In this document: positions 1 to 13,965 of the stretch, piece by piece | Position numbering within the stretch: position 1 is the first letter of the stretch | Layout of the letters: the number at the start of each line of letters is the position of its first letter | Source: Escherichia coli | Lineage (GTDB): Bacteria; Pseudomonadota; Gammaproteobacteria; Enterobacterales; Enterobacteriaceae | Direction: 5' to 3' (one strand) | NCBI RefSeq assembly: GCF_003334355.1 | Contig: NZ_QOWP01000003.1 | Length of the DNA stretch: 64,000 bases | The notes under the pieces: generated by a model | What the model was told of the DNA's origin: nothing | What the model saw: the letters and a program-made list of their open reading frames with translations, nothing else | Database searches by the model: none | Made by a program: the position numbers and the translations under genes

Positions 1-519
1 AGTCAGGTATTACTACAAAGGCGTTTTGTGGAGTCCTGGCTATTTTGCCAGTAGCTGCGGAGGTGCGCCAATATCCGCCATCCGTCAATACATTGAACAA
101 CAGCAAACACCTGGTCAGGTGGAAAACCGCGCCGTATATCCCCGCCCTGAAGGACGGGGTTTTACGGCGCACCGGATAAACCAGGCCAAGCGTATGCTGG
201 TTGATCAAATAATATCCGCCAAGCGCAGCAATATTAATATTCACCTGCAATGGGTCGATATCTGGCTTAAAAATATTGTGTTTCTTCCCTTCATCCAATA
301 AGGATTCCATTAACTGCAAGTGCGCATGGTTAATTTCTAAGAGACGCTGTGATTTTGCATAATGCACACCTTTACTTTGATTTTCACTATGCACAATTTT
401 TAAAAACCAAGGATTAGCAATATAATAATCCCATGTAAAATCAATAATTTTCTCAATGGCTTTTTGTGGCTGGCTAACCTGCTGATTAACGAATACACCG
501 ATACCGACAGCGTAGAATA
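1..519 (-). pseudogene. ytfA: TetR-family regulator fragment, C-terminal ligand-binding domain only; in-frame stop at 520-522 on the upstream side, continues off the window start
   Basis: Hand translation of the minus strand gives about 170 aa of TetR C-domain-like sequence (…[26 protein letters not shown]…) with no HTH region and a TAA immediately upstream. Position next to yjfZ matches the K-12 ytfA pseudogene as I recall it. Confidence 0.4.
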
Positions 520-735
520 ATTACATACCGCACAACAAGAATGGTAAGGCGTGGAAGTCATTTTCTCCCCGGGTGCATCGTTATATCCATAATGAGCGAT
601 TTTTGATATTAATATCTTTCACCATCCGCTATTTTCACCACTTCAGAAAACAAACTTATTTTTATTAATATCAATTCTTTTTCTTTGAACATTCAGCTGC
701 GATATTTGTAAAAATATTAAACAGGTAACATTACA

Positions 736-1530
736 ATGACATTACCAACCACTATTTATTCATTTCCTGCATATTTATCTCGTTTTTCGTCCACCGACAA
801 ACCAGTAAAATTAAAATTTCATCAATACGCACGCGCTACATTACTTTCAAATCGTGGAAGAGATCATAATTGCGATGGCAGACGTACTGTTGAGATCCAC
901 AAACTAGATCTCTCAGACTGGCAAGCATTCAATAAGTTAGCGACGAGGTGTAATGCTTACGATGGAATAACAATGAATGGTGATAATTCTTTTGGATGGA
1001 ACCATGAAGCTACATTAGATAATATTCACGCCCAGAAATACAATAAAGCTTACACGGGTGCGAGGTTAACCGCAGAACTGAAATATTTATTGCAAGATGT
1101 CGAATCCTTCGAACCCAATAGTAAATACACAATACACGAAGTGGTTTTGGGACCTGGTTATGGTACTCCAGACTATACCGGCCAAACGATAGGATACGTT
1201 GTAACCCTTCCTGCCCAAATGCCTAATTGCTGGTCATCTGAACTACCAACAATCGATCTTTATATCGACCAACTTCGCACTGTTACAGGCGTTTCTAATG
1301 CCCTCGGATTCATCATTGCTGCATTGCTAAACGCGTATTCTGATTTACCCCATGATTTGAAAATTGGTCTGCGTTCCTTATCAAGTTCAGCAGCAATCTA
1401 CTCGGGTTTGGGTTTCGAGCGAGTGCCGCAGGACCGAGACATAAGGAGTGATCGTATGCATCTAACGCCAGCAAACCATCCTGACTTATGGACACAAGAG
1501 AATGGTGAATGGATCTACTTGCGAAACTAA
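736..1530 (+). CDS. yjfZ: DUF2686-family protein YjfZ (264 aa)
   Basis: 264 aa ORF, AT-rich, downstream of rplI as in K-12 synteny. Confidence 0.75.
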   Translation: MTLPTTIYSFPAYLSRFSSTDKPVKLKFHQYARATLLSNRGRDHNCDGRRTVEIHKLDLSDWQAFNKLATRCNAYDGITMNGDNSFGWNHEATLDNIHAQKYNKAYTGARLTAELKYLLQDVESFEPNSKYTIHEVVLGPGYGTPDYTGQTIGYVVTLPAQMPNCWSSELPTIDLYIDQLRTVTGVSNALGFIIAALLNAYSDLPHDLKIGLRSLSSSAAIYSGLGFERVPQDRDIRSDRMHLTPANHPDLWTQENGEWIYLRN

Positions 1531-1542
1531 TACCTGACGAAA

Positions 1543-1570
1543 AATAGAAAGCAAAACGCCGACCAATGGT
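1543..1570. terminator. Bidirectional intrinsic terminator between yjfZ and rplI
   Basis: aaaacgccgaccaatggtcggcgttttt: GC stem flanked by an A-run and a T-run, between two convergent genes. Confidence 0.7.
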
Positions 1571-1600
1571 CGGCGTTTTTACGTCTCGTTGAATAACGAA

Positions 1601-2062
<462 letters not shown>

Positions 2063-2091
2063 TCAAAGTCGTATTAATGGACCGTGACCGA

Positions 2092-2638
<547 letters not shown>

Positions 2639-2644
2639 CAGAAA

Positions 2645-3058
<414 letters not shown>

Positions 3059-3366
3059 TTATTCAGCCTCCTGTCTGGGTCAGCCGAATCCCGGGGAGGC
3101 AAGGAACGTGTTAAAGGTCGGCTGAAAAATGACGCGTTATAGTACTTGTATGCCTCGCTAAACTCAAGGGCAGAGCCGAAATAAATCTCCCCTTTCGCAA
3201 TTAACCTCTAAACCGCTGATTTGGAGTTCATCACACTTCATCATGGTGTTTTTTCGAACAACTGCATCAGAAATGGTCACCATCAACTTCTTTATCATTG
3301 ATTAAAATTAAATCAGAAGATCATCACAGAGGAGAGCACACAAAGTCAGCCGTCGAGGAGGTATCT

Positions 3367-3642
3367 ATGTTCAGTCGAGTTTTAGCCCTTCTGGCTGTGC
3401 TTTTGCTAAGTGCAAATACATGGGCAGCCATTGAAATTAATAACCACCAGGCCAGAAATATGGACGATGTGCAAAGCTTAGGCGTGATTTATATCAACCA
3501 TAACTTCGCCACTGAAAGTGAAGCACGTCAGGCATTAAATGAAGAGACAGATGCGCAAGGCGCAACGTACTACCACGTAATTCTGATGCGGGAACCGGGG
3601 AGTAACGGCAATATGCACGCCAGCGCGGATATTTATCGCTAG
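3367..3642 (+). CDS. yjfY: DUF1471 (YdgH/BhsA/McbA-like) periplasmic protein YjfY
   Basis: 91 aa from ATG 3367 with a signal peptide (MFSRVLALLAVLLLSANTWA); the ORF table over-extends the start to 3298. Confidence 0.8.
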   Translation: MFSRVLALLAVLLLSANTWAAIEINNHQARNMDDVQSLGVIYINHNFATESEARQALNEETDAQGATYYHVILMREPGSNGNMHASADIYR

Positions 3643-3682
3643 CACCAGGTATAACCAACGAAACATTGCCATAGTTTGCTTT

Positions 3683-3707
3683 GCCCCCTTCGCAGGGGGC
3701 TTTTTTT
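3683..3707 (+). terminator. Intrinsic terminator after yjfY
   Basis: gcccccttcgcagggggc followed by ttttttt. Confidence 0.75.
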
Positions 3708-3770
3708 GAAAAACGGCTGCGGAATTAGACCAGTTATCTCCCGAGGAAGGAAATTTCCGCAGCGCGTGTT

Positions 3771-4457
3771 CTACTTCTGCCCGTAATAAGCGTTAGGACC
3801 GTGTTTACGCATGAAGTGTTTATTCATCAGGAAGCTGTCGATGTGATTGAGTTGTGGGTTAATACTGCGCGCAATCCACGCCATTTTCGCCACTTCTTCC
3901 ATCACCACCGCGTTATGCACCGCATCGTGGGCATCTTTCCCCCAGGCGAACGGTCCGTGCTGATACACCACAATTCCCGGCGTATGCAGCGGCTCGGCGT
4001 TGCCCAGCGTTTCGATAATCACTTTGCCGGTGTTCAGTTCATACTCGCCCTGCACCTCTTCTTCGCTTAACCCGCGCGTACACGGAATGTCGCCAAAGAA
4101 GTAGTCAGCGTGCGTGGTGCCTAACGCCGGGATCGCCAGCCCCGCCTGCGCCCATGCGGTGGCATGAGTGGAGTGGGTATGGACAATGCCGCCAAGCGAC
4201 GGGTAACGACGGTAGAGTTCGAGATGCGTCGCAGTGTCGGAAGATGGGCGATACTCCCCTTCCACCACCTTGCCGCTCATATCAACCACCACCATATCGG
4301 CCGCTTTCATGGTTTCGTAGGCAACGCCGCTGGGTTTGATCACCACCAGCCCGCGTTCGCGGTCGATAGCGCTGACGTTGCCCCAGGTAAAGGTCACCAG
4401 CCCATAGCGCGGCAGATCCATGTTGGCTTCAAACACCTGCTGTTTTAGCTTTTGCAT
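3771..4457 (-). CDS. ulaF: L-ribulose-5-phosphate 4-epimerase
   Basis: 228 aa from ATG at 4455-4457 ([12 protein letters not shown]…), class II aldolase/epimerase motifs; start overlaps the ulaE stop. Confidence 0.9.
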   Translation of the reverse strand: MQKLKQQVFEANMDLPRYGLVTFTWGNVSAIDRERGLVVIKPSGVAYETMKAADMVVVDMSGKVVEGEYRPSSDTATHLELYRRYPSLGGIVHTHSTHATAWAQAGLAIPALGTTHADYFFGDIPCTRGLSEEEVQGEYELNTGKVIIETLGNAEPLHTPGIVVYQHGPFAWGKDAHDAVHNAVVMEEVAKMAWIARSINPQLNHIDSFLMNKHFMRKHGPNAYYGQK

Positions 4458-5311
4458 TATGCCGCCTCCACCATGCCTGCTTTGGCCATGCGCGCTTTCA
4501 CCCAATCGCGCGCTTTCGCCACTTCTGCCGCCGGGTCTTCCGCCGTTTCGCTCCACATCTCAATCAGGTACGGCCCGCAATAGCCACTCTGTTTGAGCGT
4601 TTCGAAACAACGTTCGAAATCCACCACGCCTTCGCCAAACGGCACGTTTTTGAAGACGCCCGGTTTGGTGTCTTTCACATGTACCGCGACGATATGCCCG
4701 ATTCCGGCCTGCAACTCCATCTGCACGTCGTTGTCCCACGCCGAGAGGTTGCCGATATCCGGGTAGAGCTGGAACCACGGGTTGTTGAGATAGTGCGCGT
4801 AGCCCAGCGCCTTGCTGATGGAGTTCATCAATGGGTAATCCATGATCTCCATCGCCAGCGTCACCTGCGCGCGGCTTGCCATCTCAACGCTCTCTTTCAG
4901 GCCGTCACGGAAACGACGACGCGTTTCGTTATTGGCTTCCTGATAGTAAACGTCATAGCCCGCCAGCTGGATCACGCGAATACCGACATCCTGGGCGAAC
5001 TGGATAGCTTTACGCATAATCTCCAGCCCCTGCGCCCGCACCGCGTCATCTTCACTGCCCAGCGGGAAACGACGATGAGCAGAAAGGCACATGGACGGCA
5101 CGCGCACGCCGGTTTCAACAATCGCATTGACCAGCGCCAGACGCTGCTCGCGGCTCCAGTCGAGGCGCGACAGGCGCTCGTCCGTTTCATCTACCGACAT
5201 CTCGACAAAATCGAAGCCCAACGTTTTTGCCAGTTGCAGGCGTTCCAGCCAGCACTCCTCGGCGGGGAGCGCTTTTTCATAGATGCCAAGCGGGATTTGT
5301 TTGGACAACAT
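4457..5311 (-). CDS. ulaE: L-xylulose-5-phosphate 3-epimerase
   Basis: 284 aa ORF in the ula operon. Confidence 0.9.
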   Translation of the reverse strand: MLSKQIPLGIYEKALPAEECWLERLQLAKTLGFDFVEMSVDETDERLSRLDWSREQRLALVNAIVETGVRVPSMCLSAHRRFPLGSEDDAVRAQGLEIMRKAIQFAQDVGIRVIQLAGYDVYYQEANNETRRRFRDGLKESVEMASRAQVTLAMEIMDYPLMNSISKALGYAHYLNNPWFQLYPDIGNLSAWDNDVQMELQAGIGHIVAVHVKDTKPGVFKNVPFGEGVVDFERCFETLKQSGYCGPYLIEMWSETAEDPAAEVAKARDWVKARMAKAGMVEAA

Positions 5312-5320
5312 ATCCGCTCC

Positions 5321-5971
5321 TTAGCCCCACAGTTCAGCGATGGAACGTTTGAACTGACGTGCGGCTTCCACCGGAGAAGCGGCATCACGGATACTACGGC
5401 CCGCGATAAAGACGTGAATCGGAATACCCTTGAACAGCGGCAGATCTTCCAGCGCCAGGCCTCCGGTGACGGTGACTTTGAAGCCCATATCGGAAAGACG
5501 TTTGATCGCGGTGATGTCCGCTTCGCCCCACGCCACGCCTGCGGCCTGCGCGTCACGGCTGCGGTGATAAACCACCTGCTGAATGCCTGCATCGCGCCAC
5601 TGTTGCGCCTGTTCCCAGGTCCAGTAACCGGTCAGTTCGATCTGCACGTCGCCGTTAAACTCTTTTGCCACGTCCAGCGCGCCTTTGGCGGTGTTGATAT
5701 CCGCACAGCAAATTACCGTCACCCAGTCAGCGTTGGCTTCGAAGCACATACGCGAAAGGATTTTGCCTGCATCGGCAATTTTGGCGTCTGCCAGTACGAT
5801 TTTGTGCGGGTAGAGCGCTTTCAGGTCACGAACCGCACGCACGCCTTCGCCCACGCACAGAATGGTGCCCACTTCGATAATGTCGACTTCTTCGGCAATC
5901 AGGCGAGTGGTTTCGTAGGCGCTATCCATAGTCTGGTTGTCCAGCGCGACTTGCAACATCGGTAATGACAT
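5321..5971 (-). CDS. ulaD: 3-keto-L-gulonate-6-phosphate decarboxylase
   Basis: 216 aa from ATG at 5969-5971 ([12 protein letters not shown]…); OMP decarboxylase-like. Confidence 0.9.
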   Translation of the reverse strand: MSLPMLQVALDNQTMDSAYETTRLIAEEVDIIEVGTILCVGEGVRAVRDLKALYPHKIVLADAKIADAGKILSRMCFEANADWVTVICCADINTAKGALDVAKEFNGDVQIELTGYWTWEQAQQWRDAGIQQVVYHRSRDAQAAGVAWGEADITAIKRLSDMGFKVTVTGGLALEDLPLFKGIPIHVFIAGRSIRDAASPVEAARQFKRSIAELWG

Positions 5972-5984
5972 CTTCAATTCCTTC

Positions 5985-6449
5985 TTAAGCTGCCGCGTTG
6001 GTGCGGTCAATGAGATCCAGTACTTCCTGCTCGGTACGGCAGGCGCGTAAACGGTCGAAATTCTCTTCATCTTCAAACAGGTTGACGATCTGCATGATGC
6101 CCACTTCCTGGTGAGTATTGGCATCGACCGCCGCCATGGTGATGAGGATATCCACCGGATCGTTGTCGTCGTGGTTAAATTCCAGCGGCTTTTTCAGCGT
6201 TACCAGAGAGAAACCTGTTTTCTTAACACCCTCTTCCGGCCGCCCGTGCGGCATCGCCAGCCCCGGAGCGATAACGAAATAAGGGCCAAACTGTTCCACG
6301 CCATCCAGAATCGCCTGGTAATAGCGCGGCTCGACAACATCCGCCGCCACCAGCAGGTCAACGCCGATTTTCACTGCGTCCTGCCATGTCTCTGCTTCAG
6401 CCTGCAGGCGGATGGATTTATTTTCCGCCAGCGAATCACGTAATTTCAT
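5985..6449 (-). CDS. ulaC: Ascorbate PTS EIIA component
   Basis: 154 aa ORF, PTS EIIA-like. Confidence 0.9.
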   Translation of the reverse strand: MKLRDSLAENKSIRLQAEAETWQDAVKIGVDLLVAADVVEPRYYQAILDGVEQFGPYFVIAPGLAMPHGRPEEGVKKTGFSLVTLKKPLEFNHDDNDPVDILITMAAVDANTHQEVGIMQIVNLFEDEENFDRLRACRTEQEVLDLIDRTNAAA

Positions 6450-6458
6450 GGCGCGTCC

Positions 6459-6764
6459 TTACTTCACATCCTGCGGGAAATGCTCTTTGATCACTTCCAG
6501 CAGTTTCGGGCCAAAGTCAGCAGGAGAGAGCATGTTGCGCACGCCAACCACGTATTTGTTGCCGGTCACGGTGATTTCGCCCGCAATGTGCGTAGAAGCG
6601 ATGATGATATCCGCGCCGCTCAACTCGCTTTTGTATTCGCCAACCGCGCAGCTGTTTACCGTGTGGTCAATGTTTGATTGGGTTAAAAACTGGTCCACTT
6701 TCATCTTCATGATCATGGAACTGCCTTGTCCGTTGCCACACACAGCCAGAATACGTACGGTCAT
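6459..6764 (-). CDS. ulaB: Ascorbate PTS EIIB component
   Basis: 101 aa, [16 protein letters not shown]… (phospho-Cys motif). Confidence 0.9.
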
Positions 6765-6779
6765 AATCAAAACTCCTTA

Positions 6780-8531
<1,752 letters not shown>

Positions 8532-9596
8532 ATGAGTAAAGTGAAAAGTATCACCCGTGAATCCTGGATCCTGAGCACTTTCCCGGAGTGGGGTAGCTGG
8601 TTGAATGAAGAAATTGAACAAGAACAGGTCGCTCCTGGCACATTTGCGATGTGGTGGCTTGGCTGCACCGGGATCTGGTTAAAATCGGAAGGTGGCACCA
8701 ACGTTTGCGTTGATTTCTGGTGCGGCACTGGCAAACAAAGTCACGGTAACCCGTTAATGAAACAGGGTCACCAAATGCAGCGCATGGCTGGCGTGAAAAA
8801 ACTGCAGCCAAACCTGCGCACCACCCCGTTTGTTCTTGATCCGTTTGCGATTCGCCAGGTCGACGCGGTACTGGCGACTCACGATCACAACGATCATATC
8901 GACGTCAACGTCGCTGCTGCTGTGATGCAGAACTGTGCTGATGACGTACCGTTCATTGGACCGAAAACCTGTGTGGATTTGTGGATTGGCTGGGGCGTAC
9001 CGAAAGAGCGTTGCATCGTGGTCAAACCGGGCGATGTTGTAAAAGTGAAAGACATTGAAATTCATGCGCTTGACGCTTTCGACCGTACTGCACTGATCAC
9101 CCTGCCTGCCGATCAAAAAGCGGCTGGCGTACTGCCGGACGGCATGGACGATCGCGCGGTGAACTATCTGTTCAAAACGCCTGGCGGCTCCCTGTATCAC
9201 AGCGGCGACTCCCACTACTCTAACTATTATGCGAAGCACGGTAACGAACATCAGATCGACGTGGCTTTAGGTTCATACGGCGAAAACCCGCGCGGTATCA
9301 CCGACAAAATGACCAGCGCCGATATGCTGCGTATGGGTGAAGCCCTGAATGCGAAAGTGGTTATCCCGTTCCACCACGATATCTGGTCAAACTTCCAGGC
9401 CGATCCGCAAGAGATCCGCGTGCTGTGGGAGATGAAAAAAGATCGCCTGAAGTATGGCTTCAAGCCGTTTATCTGGCAGGTTGGCGGCAAATTTACCTGG
9501 CCGTTGGATAAAGACAACTTCGAGTACCACTATCCGCGTGGTTTCGATGATTGCTTCACTATTGAACCGGATCTGCCGTTCAAGTCATTCCTGTAA
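8532..9596 (+). CDS. ulaG: L-ascorbate-6-phosphate lactonase (metallo-beta-lactamase fold)
   Basis: 354 aa, [12 protein letters not shown]…, with an HDHNDH-type metal motif. Confidence 0.92.
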   Translation: MSKVKSITRESWILSTFPEWGSWLNEEIEQEQVAPGTFAMWWLGCTGIWLKSEGGTNVCVDFWCGTGKQSHGNPLMKQGHQMQRMAGVKKLQPNLRTTPFVLDPFAIRQVDAVLATHDHNDHIDVNVAAAVMQNCADDVPFIGPKTCVDLWIGWGVPKERCIVVKPGDVVKVKDIEIHALDAFDRTALITLPADQKAAGVLPDGMDDRAVNYLFKTPGGSLYHSGDSHYSNYYAKHGNEHQIDVALGSYGENPRGITDKMTSADMLRMGEALNAKVVIPFHHDIWSNFQADPQEIRVLWEMKKDRLKYGFKPFIWQVGGKFTWPLDKDNFEYHYPRGFDDCFTIEPDLPFKSFL

Positions 9597-9609
9597 TCTG
9601 TCGTTTATA

Positions 9610-9641
9610 CCGGATAGCGTGGAGTAGTTCGCGCTATCCGG
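9610..9641 (+). terminator. Stem-loop downstream of ulaG
   Basis: ccggatagcg…cgctatccgg inverted repeat immediately 3' of ulaG. Confidence 0.5.
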
Positions 9642-9703
9642 CGTAGTATTTCCTGGCTATTTCAAATATCATCTAAAAAAATCAAATTTTATCGGAATAG
9701 CTC

Positions 9704-10459
9704 ATGACTGAAGCACAAAGACATCAAATCCTCCTGGAAATGCTCGCACAATTGGGCTTTGTGACCGTTGAGAAAGTCGTTGAGCGTCTGGGAATTTCGC
9801 CTGCCACTGCGCGACGCGATATCAATAAACTTGACGAAAGCGGCAAACTGAAAAAAGTGCGCAATGGCGCAGAAGCTATTACCCAACAGCGCCCGCGCTG
9901 GACGCCGATGAATCTGCATCAGGCGCAGAATCACGATGAAAAAGTACGTATCGCTAAAGCGGCCTCGCAGCTGGTTAATCCGGGCGAAAGCGTAGTCATC
10001 AACTGCGGCTCCACCGCGTTTCTGCTTGGGCGGGAAATGTGTGGCAAGCCAGTGCAAATCATCACTAATTATCTACCGCTGGCAAATTACCTGATCGATC
10101 AAGAACATGACAGCGTGATCATTATGGGCGGACAGTACAACAAAAGTCAGTCCATCACTTTAAGCCCGCAGGGCAGCGAAAACAGTCTCTATGCCGGGCA
10201 CTGGATGTTTACCAGCGGCAAAGGACTGACAGCAGAAGGGTTGTATAAAACCGATATGCTGACGGCAATGGCAGAGCAGAAGATGCTGAGCGTGGTAGGG
10301 AAACTGGTGGTACTGGTTGATAGCAGTAAGATTGGCGAACGCGCGGGAATGCTTTTTAGCCGTGCCGATCAAATTGATATGCTGATCACCGGCAAAAATG
10401 CTAACCCGGAAATCCTGCAACAACTGGAAGCGCAAGGGGTCAGCATTCTGCGTGTTTAA
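9704..10459 (+). CDS. ulaR: DeoR-family repressor of the ula regulon
   Basis: 251 aa, N-terminal HTH plus DeoR C-terminal sugar-phosphate-binding domain. Confidence 0.92.
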
Positions 10460-11205
10460 AGATGCTGGCGGAAAAATGTCACTGCAGCATCTAACGCCTC
10501 AGGCGTAATGCGGTGACGCACGCCTGGCTGCCATGAACAGGTTAGCAGTTTATCCCGTCCCGTCTCGCTTAAGGCCTGCTGCAAACGTAGTGATTCGTCG
10601 GCAGGCACAACGTCATCGTCGAGGCCATGCCACAGCAGTAGAGGTCTGTCACTAAGTTGTTCCAGGTGGTTTGTCGCTTCCCACTCTGCCAGCGGCGCGA
10701 CAATGTTATTGAATTCATTCTGCTGTGCTGTCGTTTCAGGTATCAGCGGTGGAAACAGTGAACGGGCGAGTGATGTAAAATAGCCCGATCCCATCATGCT
10801 GGCGGTACATCTCACCGTGGGGTGGCGAGCGGTAATCCCCAGTGCCGTCATCGCGCCCATCGACGCACCACCGACTGCCAGACGGTCATCAAGCAGCCAC
10901 TTTTCTTCGGCTATTGCCGCACGTAAAGTAGTGAATTCCTGCATACTTTGTAGCAAGATTTGCCAGAATTGATTTAACCGCCGCGCTGCGTCGCCACTAA
11001 AACGACTACCGTGATCGGGCGCATCCGGCATGATCACCCGCAAACCAGCCTGCGCCAGCGCAACGGCAAAATAGCTATACACCAGACTGGACGAAGTAAA
11101 GCCGTGATAAAAAATCGCGCACGGTAACGGGGTATCTTTTTGTCCGACAGGATAAGCATGAAGAACGGGAATATCTGCCAGCTCGCGTGATTCTATTTCA
11201 ATCAT
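10456..11205 (-). CDS. yjfP: Alpha/beta-hydrolase esterase YjfP
   Basis: 249 aa with a GGASMG nucleophile-elbow motif. Confidence 0.85.
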
Positions 11206-11386
11206 CTGTCTCTCCTTTTTGTCTGGTATGACATGAAGAAATCCTTAGCACAAGTTTCTGCTGGCGGTATTAGTTCATAATGTTGAGATGTGGGTTACGC
11301 TTTCGTCACGTTTTCATTCGAAAATCGCGTACCAGGTAACAATTCGGGAACATTCCCCCAAAGTTAAATTAATAAGGCACTACACT

Positions 11387-11716
11387 ATGGTTAGCAGGAA
11401 ACGTAATAGCGTTATTTACCGGTTTGCCAGTTTATTATTGGTGTTGATGTTAAGTGCCTGTAGCGCACTGCAAGGTACGCCACAGCCAGCACCGCCAGTA
11501 ACGGACCATCCGCAAGAGATTCGCCGCGACCAGACGCAAGGGTTACAGCGAATAGGTAGCGTAAGCACGATGGTTCGGGGTTCTCCGGATGACGCATTAG
11601 CAGAAATCAAAGCGAAAGCTGTCGCTGCAAAAGCTGATTATTACGTTGTCGTCATGGTGGACGAAACCATCGTGACAGGACAGTGGTATTCACAAGCCAT
11701 TTTGTACCGTAAATAA
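11387..11716 (+). CDS. bsmA: Biofilm/stress lipoprotein BsmA (YjfO)
   Basis: 109 aa from ATG 11387 with a lipobox (LSACSA). Confidence 0.8.
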   Translation: MVSRKRNSVIYRFASLLLVLMLSACSALQGTPQPAPPVTDHPQEIRRDQTQGLQRIGSVSTMVRGSPDDALAEIKAKAVAAKADYYVVVMVDETIVTGQWYSQAILYRK

Positions 11717-11864
11717 ATCAGACAACTTACATAGTCAGCTTTACATTGCTTTGCGTCCCTATGCGTTTACCTGTGCACAATAAATTACCGGCTGGAAGCC
11801 TGGGCGTTTATTACCGCGATGGAATGCCCTGCAACATGTGGGGAAACGAAAAATGGAGCTGACG

Positions 11865-12140
11865 ATGAAACAATTACTTGCCTCACCCTCGCTGCAATTA
11901 GTGACTTATCCTGCGAGCGCCACGGCACAGTCTGCAGAATTCGCCAGTGCTGACTGCGTGACGGGCCTGAATGAAATAGGTCAGATCTCAGTTAGCAATA
12001 TTTCAGGGGATCCGCAGGACGTGGAACGTATCGTGGCGTTAAAGGCCGATGAACAAGGTGCGTCATGGTACCGCATTATTACCATGTACGAAGACCAGCA
12101 GCCTGATAACTGGCGCGTACAGGCGATACTGTATGCATGA
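11865..12140 (+). CDS. yjfN: DUF1471 small periplasmic protein YjfN
   Basis: 91 aa; same DUF1471 fold family as yjfY and bsmA. Confidence 0.75.
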   Translation: MKQLLASPSLQLVTYPASATAQSAEFASADCVTGLNEIGQISVSNISGDPQDVERIVALKADEQGASWYRIITMYEDQQPDNWRVQAILYA

Positions 12141-12165
12141 GTGTCATCTACAGCAAATGAACAAT

Positions 12166-12200
12166 GCCGGATGCGGCGCGAGCGCCTTGTCCGGCCTACA
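12166..12200. repeat. REP element
   Basis: gccggatgcggcgcgagcgccttgtccggcctaca: canonical enterobacterial REP palindrome. Confidence 0.8.
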
Positions 12201-12256
12201 ATTTTCACATATTTCATTTAGTTAATCGAAACCAGCGTCGCATCAGTCGTATACGC

Positions 12257-13882
12257 TTACACACACACTCCCCCCGTCGCCCGCAGCAATAAATCATTCT
12301 GGATCTGCTCTGACAACCGTACGCCGCCGCGCGTATCTAACATCACCTGACACCACGCCTGCGCCATTGGCGGAGAAGCATATTTCAACATTTGCGCACC
12401 GCAGCCCAGCAGGAATAGCTGATGAGTAATCTCTCGCCCCAGTTCTTCAGCTGGCTTACGCAGCTGCTGCTGTAAACGACGAACCTCGCGATCAAAATAG
12501 CGATCCTGCCCTTTCACTTCCACAAATGCTTCCGACAATAAGTCGTATACGCCCGCTTGCTTATTGAGAACGCGCAACACATCCAGGCACATAATATTGC
12601 CGGAACCTTCCCAAATACTGTTTACCGGCATCTCCCGGTAAAGCCGCGGCAGCTCGCTCTCCTCGCAATAACCAATGCCGCCCAGCACCTCCATCGCTTC
12701 GGCCACAAACGGCATACCTCTTTTGCAGATCACAAATTTTGCCGCAGGCGTAAATAAACGCGCCCACAGGGCTTCTTTGGCATCGGCACGCCGGTCCCAC
12801 GCTCGCGCAAGACGAAACAGCAACGCCGTTTGCCCTTCAAGCTGAAGTGCCATGCGACTTAAGACATGACGCATAAGGGGCTGTTGGATCAATGGATTAC
12901 CAAAAACATGGCGTTGATGTGCATGATAAATCGCCAGCGAAAATGCACGGCGCATCATGGCATGGCTACCCAGGGCGCAATCAAAACGCGTCATCCCACC
13001 CATTTTCAGGATCAGACGAATTCCTTCCCCTTCCTGCCCCAACAACCAACCAATGGCATCCTGAAACTCCACTTCGCAACTGGCGTTAGAGCGATTACCC
13101 AGCTTATCTTTCAGCCGCTCGAGGCGAATCGCGTTGCGTTGCCCGTCAGGCAAAAAGCGCGGCACAAAAAAGCAGGACAGACCACCCGCGGTCTGCGCCA
13201 GCACCAGATGCGCATCGCTTTGCGGAACCGAGAAAAACCATTTATGCCCCACCAGCCGATAAGAGCCATCTTCCAGACGCTCTGCACGGGTGGTGTTGCT
13301 CATAACATCGGAACCGCCCTGCTTTTCCGTCATTCCCATGCCAATCAACAAACCGCGTTTTTGCCCACCTGGCAATAAGTGAGAATCGTAGCGATCGCTC
13401 AATAGCGGCGTGGTCCAGTCCTGAAACGGCGCGGGTAACATCTGTAACAACAATGGCGTGGCGGCAAAGGTCATGGTTATCGGACATAACGACCCTGCCT
13501 CAACCTGCGCATGTAACATAAAACGCGCCGCGCGCGCCACAAATGCGCCGGAGCGAGCGTCTTCTTCCCAGGCAAGATTGTGCACCCGATTGGTACATAG
13601 CGCCTGCATCAGCAGGTGCCAGGCGGGGTGAAAACGCACATCGTCCAGACGGCGTCCTTGCGCATCGTAGCGCAATAATTCAGGCGGATTCACATTCGCC
13701 AGCCGCCCCAGTTCAAGGGATTCAGCCGTTCCTAACTGCTGACCAATACTGGCTAGAAAATCGCTATCCCAGCCAGCACCTTCACGCGTTACCGCTTCGC
13801 AGAGCGCGCCATCAGACAGGTATAAGTTGCTGTTATTTAATGGTATAGGTTGATTAAAAACGGTGTGAGTTTGCCAGTGCAC
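12257..13882 (-). CDS. aidB: Acyl-CoA dehydrogenase-family protein AidB (adaptive response)
   Basis: 541 aa from GTG at 13880-13882 (MHWQTHTVFNQ…); acyl-CoA dehydrogenase fold. Confidence 0.92.
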   Translation of the reverse strand: MHWQTHTVFNQPIPLNNSNLYLSDGALCEAVTREGAGWDSDFLASIGQQLGTAESLELGRLANVNPPELLRYDAQGRRLDDVRFHPAWHLLMQALCTNRVHNLAWEEDARSGAFVARAARFMLHAQVEAGSLCPITMTFAATPLLLQMLPAPFQDWTTPLLSDRYDSHLLPGGQKRGLLIGMGMTEKQGGSDVMSNTTRAERLEDGSYRLVGHKWFFSVPQSDAHLVLAQTAGGLSCFFVPRFLPDGQRNAIRLERLKDKLGNRSNASCEVEFQDAIGWLLGQEGEGIRLILKMGGMTRFDCALGSHAMMRRAFSLAIYHAHQRHVFGNPLIQQPLMRHVLSRMALQLEGQTALLFRLARAWDRRADAKEALWARLFTPAAKFVICKRGMPFVAEAMEVLGGIGYCEESELPRLYREMPVNSIWEGSGNIMCLDVLRVLNKQAGVYDLLSEAFVEVKGQDRYFDREVRRLQQQLRKPAEELGREITHQLFLLGCGAQMLKYASPPMAQAWCQVMLDTRGGVRLSEQIQNDLLLRATGGVCV

Positions 13883-13965
13883 TGTGTCTCCCTCCATCAA
13901 TGGCAGTCACCATTAGTATGGTCACTGCCATGGATTCATGACAGAAAGAGATTGCTAAAACATTC

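Noticed and set aside
26-301. 91 aa plus-strand ORF at the window start
   Set aside because: Opposite strand of the TetR-fragment frame; no recognisable domain.
3298-3366. N-terminal extensions in the ORF track (for example yjfY from 3298, ampC from 54151, queG from 39105, orn to 41830, gdx to 56565)
   Set aside because: The track reports the longest frame. Trimming to the internal start that gives the expected protein length and a plausible N-terminus or signal peptide is preferred, so extended starts were not adopted.
4679-5965. 428 aa plus-strand ORF
   Set aside because: Lies antisense to ulaE/ulaD; an open frame with Arg/His-rich low-complexity translation, typical of a shadow ORF opposite a real gene.
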